Of a stretch of 64,000 nucleotides of DNA, positions 40,301 to 52,300 are shown one piece after another. The notes beneath the pieces are model-generated. The model saw only the letters and a list, made by a program, of their open reading frames with translations. It did not search any database and was not told the origin of the DNA. The position numbers and the translations under genes were made by a program. Within the stretch, counting starts at the first letter, position 1. The number at the start of each line of letters is the position of its first letter. Origin of the DNA: Phoronis australis (lineage: Eukaryota; Animalia; Phoronida); the NCBI GenBank assembly GCA_002633005.1, contig NMRA01000026.1, positions 676,434-740,433 of the forward strand. Reading direction: 5' to 3'.

Positions 40301-43300
40301 AAGTCGGAAGAAGAATTTGAAAATATGTAAACATTTGCTCCACCTCACCCCGGCCTCAGAAATAGTTTCATCCAGGTTTAACATGTCATCTACCCACAGA
40401 ACTTGGCAATGGTGAGGTCAATTCTGAACCTATACTGCCCTCATTTACCCACCATCATAATAGGATGGCGATCTTATATAACCAGGCAAGACCTCATAAT
40501 ATCTGATTCAGATAATACCATGTAATGACAAAATCAATACAGTTTAATTGACACAGCCAACTCAATCGAAAGACTGCCTGTAAATAGATGACCACAAAAT
40601 TCTGTAACTATTTAGAAAGCACAACATTGACCTTTTTACTGTTTGAGAATTATTGGATATAGGTTTTAGATGCCATCTTTTGACTGGAAATATAGTTGTA
40701 CGTTCTGTGGCTTCATGCTGCTGAAAAACTGGTGTCCCACAATCCATTCCAGATATCTCACAAATCTGTAACCGTAAAAATGTCAGTGTTTTTGTCATGA
40801 ATGATAATAGAATGCCTGCGTTATTTACAGGGTGACTCCACCCTGGCCTGTCTCAACGGTCTTGCTGCTCTTGTTGGTGGTGACTGGATAGTGTCTGGTG
40901 TAAGTTAGGATCACTTATATTGACTCTGTGTTGCACACTGTTACACCTTGATATTCTGGTTTTGGTTCTTAAGGTTTGGTTGTTAAATTCAGAACATCAC
41001 ATCTCTGAAATGACTGATGATATTCTTATGAAACTTCTCATGTAGCATGCTTTATACACTCTTCCCAAAACTATGCTAGAAATAGTTATTTTTGAACTTT
41101 TCCACTTTTGCATGAGGGTCAAAAAATAGGACTTTATGATGTGCATAAAATGAAAATGAAATATTTTAGAAAAATAACGGTATTTTTGAGATCACATCTT
41201 AAATATTTATATCAAATACAATTGAATCATGCTATTGACACCGTTGTTTTGTTATCAATGTACCTTTTTGAGTAATTTCACAAAAACCATGGTCACATGA
41301 CCCAATCAATGGCAGTTTGGTAGAATGTCAAAAATCAAATTCCACATGCTTTCTACTTTCAGAAAATACGTACTGATTTTACATATGTAAAATCTTATTG
41401 TTTTGTTAGATATTTGTCTGAATGCTCAGTCGTGTCAATAAAGTCCTACATACCTTCAATGCTGCTATCGCCCCTTCTGTGAAATTCAAATACTTAATTA
41501 ACAGCTCATTATTTAAAATTTAATGGCTCATTGTTATCAAAATGGCATAGGCAAGAAATTGAATTTCAAGCCTCAAAAGTGGGGCTACCTTTATTAATAT
41601 AGGTCAGCCCCCAGCAAGTGGGACCCTTTTGTATAAATTTTGAACGCTCCGTCCAAAGACAGCCGAACAGCTGGGGCAACTGTATATTAAATAAGCCCAC
41701 TATTAAATTTCTTGCCCATGTCAGTTTAGTAAGAATAATTCGTTTTAGGTAATAAGCTGTTAGTTCTAATTTAGTCCACTTACCATATAGTAAACTGGTC
41801 TTGACTCGTCCATTTCTCAAATTAGAAGTGATTTCTAAGTTGAGGAATAAAGTTACTGTTTACTACCATTTGAAACCGAGCTTACTAAGTGGGTTTGACC
41901 TGTTTGGTCATTTGTTATGCCAAGCGTTGTATACTGTCTCAATTAAATAGCAAGCTAATGTAAATGCCGAAAGGAAATATTAAGTACTACCACTGAAATT
42001 GCATTTCGTGCGAATTACAGCCAATACTGAGGCAAAGATTTGAATATTAGGTAGTATGCCAGTTTGTTTTGCAACGGCTTAGAAATTCTGCAGACAATCT
42101 TAAATTTTTCAGTGTGGAAAAGTAGGGATTAAGCTTATCTATAAATCTGACATTCATACTTCAGTTCACGCCATAAATAATTGCACAAAAAAATTATAAC
42201 GTGTAGTTACCTGGCTGCCTAACTAGTCATTCTTGTTCCTCACAAGGGGAATTCTGCTTGGCGACTGAGCTGTAGTGATGGGAATTCGAGATAATTTTGT
42301 ACAGTTGTCTTGTCTTGTCTTGTCTTGTCTTATACAGTTATAATGCAGATGAGTGACCACCAGACTGACCAGTTGATTTTGTGTGCGTGCAGGGTCTCCT
42401 AGACTTGTCTACAGTGAAGAAGACCTCTGTGTCAGACGTAGTGAAATGCCTGACTAATGTCGTCTGCAGTCGTGAAGCAGACGCTACTGCTCAAGGACAT
42501 GCGCTCTGGCTTCTTGTTAACATTTATGTCTCGATGACGGGGCGAGGTAAGATCTTCAATTTGGAATGCAAGAAATCGTCAATATTGTCGTTTTTAAATT
42601 CAGGCTTAAATCAAAATGCTTGCAAAAGGTTGTTGACAGCTACACGCTGGTATATAATAACTTAGAATTTATTAAACATCTTAAAATTTGCTTTCTGTCA
42701 TGTTTGACTGCTAGTCACTTACAGGGGTCCCCCATTTTGAGAACCAGTTTCTTCCCTGAATAACTGGCGCCAAACAGGTTCTCAAAATCCGTGATGCCTT
42801 TAAGTGACTGTTGCCTATTTTACTGCAGCAATGGTTAGGTTAGATATTGTTAGATACGTCAGTTTATGGGTCTTTTCACTGTTGAAGTCTATCAATTTAC
42901 AGTTGGAGAGAAGCAACTTCAAAGAATTTAATGAATACTGCTTTGATTTAACTATTAGGGTGGATCACGTTCTCAATTAAGAAGTATCTAATATGCTGTT
43001 TAGACAGCAATCAATGTGTCCACAACCTGTCTATTCCGTCCATTGTATTGTATTGTAGTGTAAAATTAGGAGCTCTTGCTCTGTAATTGAAGACGCCTGA
43101 AATGGTTTCCAGCGGCGAGTTTAACGATGTCAAAATTGAGATTATAGTAATGTGTCATTTTATATCAGACTAATTAATGCATGTTATAACCAAGTAGTGC
43201 CACCTAGTGAGGTAGTCCAGGAGATTCTGCCATCTTGGTTCTAATTCTTGCCACTTCTCGATGGGAGATTTAAATTCGGTCAGAAGTTTTGATCGCAAAA

Positions 43301-46300
43301 TCACCAATTGATATCCGTTTTTATTATGAATCTGGTCTCTGTGTTAATTTGTATGGTTCACATATACTGTAGCATGTGCTTTAGATTTTACAAAATTGTT
43401 TTTGTTGAATTTTGTTGGATTGAGCAAAATTAATGTGAGTATAAGTGAATATAGGCAGACACCACATTGTGTTTCTCCAAAACCAAAGTAGTTGTTAGGG
43501 AGATGGTGTTATGGCTTTCCATCCCTATTAATACATATGCTAGAGTACATCTGTTGCCCTTGACATGTTGTATGTTACAGGAGCCACTGCTACGGCAGCG
43601 CCATCTTCCTATAAATATTTGCCTGAAGGTAGTGTCTTGAAAGCAGCTATGGATCTGCTGATGTCCAGAGGTATGTTTTAACTTAACAGTAGTTCTTGAA
43701 GCTCAATAACACAGATCTGTTGTCCTATAAAGTCATTTTTGCTTGTGAAAGGTTTAAAGTTTGTATGTTCCATATTTTCAATTTCATCCGATGCATTCCT
43801 TGTCAAGTGGACACTCCCCAAAATACCACAGTGCTGTCTCTGATTCTGCATCATTTACCCACTATGCTTGGCAACTCTAGGACTCCTAGGCCACATTTGT
43901 ACACTGCTGTCCTGTTAATCACTATTTCATTGATTAAAATAAGTTCACCAGTAGTCATTGTTAATAGATTTAGTCGTGCATAGTTTGTAGCAATGCAGTC
44001 ATCAACATTTTTATTCCCTTCATATCATTCGTGCATGCCCTGTCATTTAAGTCTCTATACTCACCTAAGAGTTGCACGTGCCCGAATGTTAGTGTTTTTA
44101 TTTTTGTTTGTATTTTATACTGAAGAATAAAAAATGTGCATTTTATACCATATTTTATTTAAATTCAACAAGCTCGACAAATTTGATATGTTGTGGATGT
44201 GTTGTGTATCATTTTTGATTGCCCGTGACAACTCAACGATGCGAGATATTTCGTAACTACATGAAATCGGTCAATGCATTTCAGCTACTGTTGAAAGATG
44301 AATAATACCATTTGGGCGGTGCATTATTATGTAGTATGGTATAGTGCGATGTAGTAGTAGTAGTATTTATTTATTATAGTGACAAGTACAATTAAATCAA
44401 ACAGTTATAGGTATAACATTCGTAAGAAAGATAAGTACCCAGCTCAGTTGGGCTTATTAGTCAATTTAACCACACAACTCAGATGTAGGCCTACCATAAA
44501 TGCATCGGTTTCTAAGTTCAAAAGCAGACTTGATATATTTGGCAAATTGCCTAGGGAAATACTGAAATAGCAGTTTTAACGTATCTAATCTACTGAAATC
44601 TGCAAAGTTCGGGATTTGAAGTGAAACATTATTAAACAGAATAGACCTCCGTGAGTTATAAAGAGAACAATCAAACACAAAATGTAGCTCATCCTCCACA
44701 GAACCAGAATCACAACACAAGCAAAGTCTTTCACTTACAGGAGTGTTTACATAACAACCAGTTTCCAAGTGCAATGGGAGATTTCCTGTTCTAAGCTGAG
44801 CCAGAAGAGACCGCTCGGAACGAGTTAAATTAATCTTTACATACGGCTAAAAACTCGTGCTTAAATAAAATGCAGGTTCTTAACTTGGGTTTTGTTACAA
44901 CAGAATCAGCCCAAGCATGTTTTGCGTATTCAAACACTTTGTTTCTAGCGTCTACTATGTTACAAGTAGTCAAATTTTGAAAACATATGGGTAGTCAGCC
45001 TTCTGTTTTATATTGCTAGATGCGTAACCGTCTGTAATAAGTATTTAGACACGTAGAACACAAATTTTGCCCAAACACTGCAAATTAAAGTCGTACCTGT
45101 GGTAGTCGCAAGGCCTGAATAAAGCAAAATGTAGTATCAGTTCCTAACCAAAACAGAAAAAATTTTTAATAAAAGAAGTCGCAGTGTATGCAAAAATGCC
45201 AGCATTTTCCACTCTCATGCCTGATCTCGACACCATCTTGTCGCTGAGTTATGTCAACAGTTAACCTAATGACCTGGTTTGTACTTGAATGCCATTGGTT
45301 GATTTAGAAATGAGACCAACCCTCAAGATCTTAATCTGGGGGAACCAGAAACAGATGTTGAATTCTCTATTTTGAAGGTGGTCTTTTTAATCGGCAAATT
45401 TCTTTAATTTTGGGTTGCTAATTCTAATGCAGGAAACGTGAACAGAACAGAGGATGATTATTTTATAATCCAGGTACGCTTTTAAACTATTGTGAAGCCT
45501 GAAGGTTGTACATTCCACATTTCGTGAAATTTCCTTGACAACTGCCGCTTGAAAAAACTGCACGCAAAGCCAGCACATTTGAATAGCAGTGGTTTGTGAC
45601 TGTATTTTGCAGACTCTCAACAAGATGACCTGGCCATCTTGAAACTGTTTGATGGTATTGTGCTGCCACCTATCAACTGGATGTCTGTACTTAATCCTAT
45701 AATGAGAACTTCTCCAGGTTGGTAGTTAATTGGTGGTCTGTTGGTTTAGTCAACACTTCCAATCTGTGTGTTATGGTTCTACACTTATCACAAGCATATT
45801 TCATTGAATTCCTGTCTGTTGCAGTTCTTATAAAGAATTTTCGCGTCCATTCGTTTAAGCTGCTGGTGTGGTTTTTCTAATGTCACCATCTAGTGAGTTG
45901 GTAGAACACCTAATGGTTGCCATCGGGATTTTTAAAATCACTTATTGTTTCATTGTCGAAATAACTAATAACTAAGCATATTTAATGCCACATGGCATCA
46001 TGAAACATGAAATTGCCTTTTGCTGTGTCAGCCTCCGTTTTGTATTTTCTTTATCTCGCATCCTGAAATATTGTATGTCAGGGGTGCGTTCCATGGACAC
46101 AGTGAAGTTTGCGTAAAAAACAAGATAACGTAAGTTCACGTGAAATCATGCGAATGTAAGACGAGTGATACTCAAGTATGGTCACCCTAGCAAAGTGGCA
46201 ACCTCTATGGATGAAGTTGGAATGTTGAATTATGAGAAAGAATTCTTTGTTTCCTTTCCTTGAGCGGAGACTTCTCAGCACGAGTGCTTCGTGAGTGTCT

Positions 46301-49300
46301 CGCCTCAACATATTGCAGCCTTGGCCTTAACATTCATGTCCTCTTGACCTCATTTCAGGAAGCTCGGTGCAGACCCAATGTATTACAGTTGCGTTACAAC
46401 AGATGCCCACATCCCCCTCTGCAGCACAGTTTGTATTTTCGTGGGCTCTGCCTCCACAGTTGGACAGTTTAAATGTGAGTTTACTCAGAATTGAGGCATT
46501 TTGGGAAACAATTTGGAACACCTGAGGTCAGGAAATCAGGGAAAATTGTTCTAACGTGTTATTAAAATAATTTTATTTATGGGAAATATACTTTACAAAT
46601 ATTGAAAGCAGTCCCAAGAGTATATGTTCATCTAGAAAGTAATTTGAAAGAAAACCATGATTAAGAAATTTTCTTTAGCATTATTATGCTGCTGATAACT
46701 TTTAGTTTCTTTGCTTTGCAGATACTGATTTCCAAATTTAAAAAGTTTAAGATATCTTACAGTATGTGTAACAGAGCAAGTCTCCACTGAACCTCAAAAT
46801 ATGTATTTTCTCTCATCAGGCATTCGTTTCAGTTCAATTTGCACATGATAACGATCAACTTTCCATGAAAGCAAAAGAAGGGAAACACCCTTCTCCTAAG
46901 CCTGTCGCTAGCGAAGTGCCCGACACATACAGTCGCGCCCACATGCCCACGTAACAAAGGCGCACTGAGACGCAACAAAGACATTAGCATAAGAATAACT
47001 GAACATTTGTAACTAAATAAGAATAACAATAAGCGTAAAGTTACGAACGTCCCGTCACANNNNNNNNNNNNNNNNNNNNNNNNNNNNNNNNNNNNNNNNN
47101 NNNNNNNNNNNNNNNNNNNNNNNNNNNNNNNNNNNNNNNNNNNNNNNNNNNNNNNNNNNNNNNNNNNNNNNNNNNNNNNNNNNNNNNNNNNNNNNNNNNN
47201 NNNNNNNNNNNNNNNNNNNNNNNNNNNNNNNNNNNNNNNNNNNNNNNNNNNNNNNNNNNNNNNNNNNNNNNNNNNNNNNNNNNNNNNNNNNNNNNNNNNN
47301 NNNNNNNNNNNNNNNNNNNNNNNNNNNNNNNNNNNNNNNNNNNNNNNNNNNNNNNNNNNNNNNNNNNNNNNNNNNNNNNNNNNNNNNNNNNNNNNNNNNN
47401 NNNNNNNNNNNNNNNNNNNNNNNNNNNNNNNNNNNNNNNNNNNNNNNNNNNNNNNNNNNNNNNNNNNNNNNNNNNNNNNNNNNNNNNNNNNNNNNNNNNN
47501 NNNNNNNNNNNNNNNNNNNNNNNNNNNNNNNNNNNNNNNNNNNNNNNNNNNNNNNNNNNNNNNNNNNNNNNNNNNNNNNNNNNNNNNNNNNNNNNNNNNN
47601 NNNNNNNNNNNNNNNNNNNNNNNNNNNNNNNNNNNNNNNNNNNNNNNNNNNNNNNNNNNNNNNNNNNNNNNNNNNNNNNNNNNNNNNNNNNNNNNNNNNN
47701 NNNNNNNNNNNNNNNNNNNNNNNNNNNNNNNNNNNNNNNNNNNNCCTCCTTCCCTCCCTTCCTCCCACCCTCCTTCCCTCCCTCTCCCCTCCTTCCCTCC
47801 CTTCCCCCTCCTTCCCTCCTTCCCCCCTCCTCAGACAGTAAACATAGTTAAGTCAAACTCCAGTATTTATTTGATTCTATCAAGCAGAGCCGCACTGATG
47901 CTGTGGTTACCACACCCCAAGTGAAATAGGTACAGCATTTGCTCTTATACTGCATCAGCATGAGTTTCTCATATTTCATTTTCTAACCAAACAAAGACAC
48001 TGCTAAAGACACTTAATTGTCAGATAGCTATGAAACATCTATTGGTTTCACCGTTCATTTTGGATTCTAAAACAATGAGTGAAAACCCGTTGCAACCATT
48101 CTAATTCAAAACTGTTCACATTTCATAGGTCATCTGCACTGAGCACATCTGAAGTGCTGTCTTGACAGTAAGGTGTTTTGGTGCAATAAGTCTGTGTGTA
48201 TTTAGTGCACAATATGTCTAGTGAAATTCCATTTTGTTATGTTTCTCCACAAAAAGACAGATTAAGAAAATTTCAGTCTGTTACTAGCATGGTCTAGATG
48301 TCGTTTAAGTTTACGTAACTTTTGGTAAATTTTCCATTGTTTGTCTTTGAAAAATGGAAAATAACAATTTTGCTTATAATTTTTGTGTGAAATAAGTGGA
48401 GATTTACTGTAGGTGCTATTACATCAACTTTATCCGTCAACCTGAAGGTCAAACAAAGTTGTCATAGCAACACATTCGCGAGAAAAGCTTAATGGGTGAT
48501 CACATACATCTCTAGTAATACATCGCGGTATCTTGCAAAATCTTGCATAATGTCACATTTGCACGAGTTTTTTCATCTACAGAACTTGGCCCAGGATTCA
48601 GGGGTCACATTCTCATCAGGTACTGCTTCATTGAGACGGACAATTCATAATGAAAGTAGCAAGTGTTCATTTGTGATGAGGGAACAAATGGGTTGGGAAG
48701 TGGGCTCTGGCAAGACATCGACTGCATTCATCTGATAAAACACCCTTGGCAAGGCAGCCACAATTTGACGTATCGTTAAAAGTTTTTGTTGCATCTGTAC
48801 GATGTATGGTAAAATTTCACCAACTTTGTACAAAAAGTTGTAAAAAATGACCTTCTTTTCATTTGGAAGGGTCTGTAAGATGTTTGTGAATACACATAAT
48901 TTTTCAAAACTTTTTGGTAGCTGTGGTGCAAAACTTGAACAATGGTAAGCATTTAATTAGGTGCTGTATGTGTTTCATTGAAAAAATGATATAATAAGAT
49001 TTTTCTAGTCGTCCATCTTGTGTTCTGAATTGGTGAGATTTTACCATATTGACCATGTGCTGATGAGTTTTTGACAAAATCAAAATAGATGCGAGATTTA
49101 GCATTTTGTTTAAGATTTTATCACCCTTTGTTTTAGTTCTATGTATTAGGAGTCAGTATAACTGTGAAACCTGATTTCAAGAATATGTGCAGGATGTGAA
49201 TACAATTTAACATGCAATCACCCTTCGTTCCAGCTGTACGAGGTATTGGCGGAGTGCCTATCTTATCTTCCTGATGCTACCATTGACCATCTTCTTGAGA

Positions 49301-52300
49301 CTGTCAGTACCAAAGACCTGACTCAGACTCTCTATATGTCAGCATGGCTAGTCAGACATGGTAAACAACCCATTGGGATCCTCAACCACGCCATCGATGC
49401 TACTGTCCGGTCCATGTCAAACAAGTGAGCTTCAGAATGATATATGTTACAACGTTGTCAACTAAAAACATAGAATTATTGGAAGTTCTTTTCAGGATCA
49501 CTGCTTTGTGGATTGAATGGATACAGTGAGCGTTAGTCATGTTCACAAGAGAGACAGTTGTCACTGTGTCAGTTGTCGTGGTGCAACTTGCTCAACTTTA
49601 GTCGCATTTACGTGACACTAGATCGCAAACTGGATCAGTATGAGTCACTTACACCAAGACTGTCTGCGCATGCTCGCATAAACAATAGCGAACGTCCAAA
49701 CCAAATGGAATGCCAGCTGTTACCCATATATACGCTATTCCGCAAGCGCATTGAAAGATGATTCCTTCTGCCCTGCCCCAGTTGTGTTACGATGTGTAGT
49801 TGAAACTGGAGCAACCGATTGATTGCAACTCGCTCTATCTCTCAAAGCGGCGTCAAAAATGGCCACCACGGCATCAACTTAATTGCTCCGTGTCAGTCGT
49901 GTTTACACACTCACTTGCTACCGATCACCTGTTCTGTGTTAGCTGCTCCAGGACAGCTGTCTCTCGTGTAAATGCAACTATTGAGTAGGATACCAGTGAA
50001 ATTGTATCAATCTTTTTGCAGCCATTTTTTGTTAGAGCCAGCTGTGACAAGTAGAATACTACGGTCTGGTCATTACACGGTATTTAATGTTTTCAGGTTT
50101 TTGTTCAGCCAGTTCATTGAATTTCATAAACAGAATATCATGGCCATGGGGTATGGAGATGGTTCTTTAATGTTGAGATAGCAAAGTTAGCCACAAAAAC
50201 AATTGTCCATACTGCACCTTTATGTGAGGTCCTCATTGTAACTGTGTCAAACTGGGAACCTTGACTCGATATTTCAGAAAACTTTTAATTTGTTAAAATA
50301 TTTTTCACATCATGAGGTTTTTAAGATCTGACTAAAAGTTGAGGAACCTAAAGAAAAGCTCTTAATACATTTATTGTGCTGAGTATTGTGATGCTGTATT
50401 AACAGCGAAGGCATATATGGGGAATGAAAATAGCACCTGTTTTTATCCTTTTATAGATGTAACATAAATGAAGTTATCGCAAACTTGTTCTGGTGCTTCT
50501 CCAATCTGAGCAACTCCGGCAAGGACACGTCCAAAGCCAAGCAGGATTGGCTAGTGGAACTCATAGGACACGTCAAGAACGTTGTGGCTGAAACCAAGGA
50601 TGATAAATTACACGAGGCAAGTGTCTTTATTAAACATGCCACTTGGACATTATGTCCCCCACTGTAATCTAATTCCCAGCTAGTCATGTTCAAGGGATCC
50701 AAACCAGTTGACATACGAACCACAAACTTGCTAACTTTTATGTATCCAATTGTGGATAGTGTGGAAACACGCCTCCGTCTGGTATGTCCGTCAGAACCAC
50801 TGCTCTATCCACCATGTCTGGAAGAGCCATCCTCCACTGTTGGAATTATGTTTTCTAACAAGCAGAATGCACTTGTTCATTGACATTATCTGGCACTTTA
50901 TTTTTAATGACTTCCCATAATTACATTCATATGTTTGCACTACTTTAAAATTGTAATGACGTCCCTATAATGTTGCCACGGCAGGATTCGGATAATTTAC
51001 ATTAATTGAATTCCATTTCAGGTCTACCTGCTGGTCGTCTGCACTGCACTGTGTTCTTGGACAGGTGGCAGCACCAGACAACTGTATGCCGTCTGCTCTT
51101 CATTTCAACCACAACTCTTACCCACGTTACTCGTTCACCTGCCTCCCTCCCTCTGTATGATGTCTGCACTGGACAATCTTGTTAGTGACCCATCCTGGAC
51201 ATGTCTAGTACCTAAACTGACCACTTGGCTTCTCCACTTGAAACGCAACTGTCAATCAAGAAAGGTCCTTGCAATGGTGCATGGTAAGTTTAGGAATGTG
51301 CACCTGAAGGGACATGTTACTGCCTGACTGCTCACGGATTTGCAGTACAATGCCTTGACTTGTGACCTAAAAGAACCTCCCATTGGAAAAGTACTCAAAA
51401 GAATACACTGTTGAAACTTTCAAAAACACTTTACTCAAGTGGCCAGCCCGCACATTTGATAATATGCTCCAAGTTATTTATTTCTCTGCACATTTTGACT
51501 GCAATTCTATTTATTGTGTCTATGATAAAAGATAGACTACAGTGTTAAGCTATCAACAACATAGTAAAACTTGTTTGTCTTCTCAAGTGTTTCCATGGTG
51601 TCTGGTCAGTGTTTAGGAGATCCTCCTTTGATTTTAGAGTTGAGTATGAAAGCACAACAGTCATTTCGCATGCATGGGGCCAGCAATTTTGTTACTTGTA
51701 ATTTTCATTGAACCTACTTCTGGTTCAGTCTTACAATTTAAGACCTGTCTAGATGTCATGCTATTGCCATAGTAACATGAACACTCGAATTAGAGTGAAA
51801 ATGGTTTTGACACGTTACAAAACTAATGAACCTGGAGATCCATCTCTTCTGTTCCAAATTGGACATAATACATTCTGTGTTTAAACATTCTTAACTTGCA
51901 AGATCACGCAAGATTTTGCAAAGTGGCACGCGTGAAAGGCAAGTCTTTTGCCGAGTAAGCTGGAGACCTTACCCGTACACATACCAATATTAAAAATGAT
52001 TTCCAGGCATGGTTGGAGTGTTGAATTTTGTGAGTAAGTCGGTAACTAAAAATTGATAATTCCGTTTCATAAGATTTTTCATCGCCAGTGTCTTGCAAAT
52101 GTCTTGCATTTACGGAACTCTTCCCAGTTTGAGTCTCGTTCATATGATATTGGGAACACCTGACGTGTTCTGGTGCGACCTCCGAACGTCATGCCGTACT
52201 CTAGGCATTCATTGCCTGCTGGACAAAGAGTGTGTGATCTGTTGTGCAGTGGTAATGCCTCTCATTTTATTGTTCGTCTTCTTTTGTAGAATCTCTTCTG

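Noticed and set aside
44466-44774. Cys/His-rich ORF as a host zinc-finger gene
   Set aside because: It is the C-terminal knuckle of a truncated LINE ORF2, with an upstream stop and a simple-repeat 3' tail.
47055-47768. 237-aa ORF in the track
   Set aside because: It consists of translated Ns from the assembly gap.
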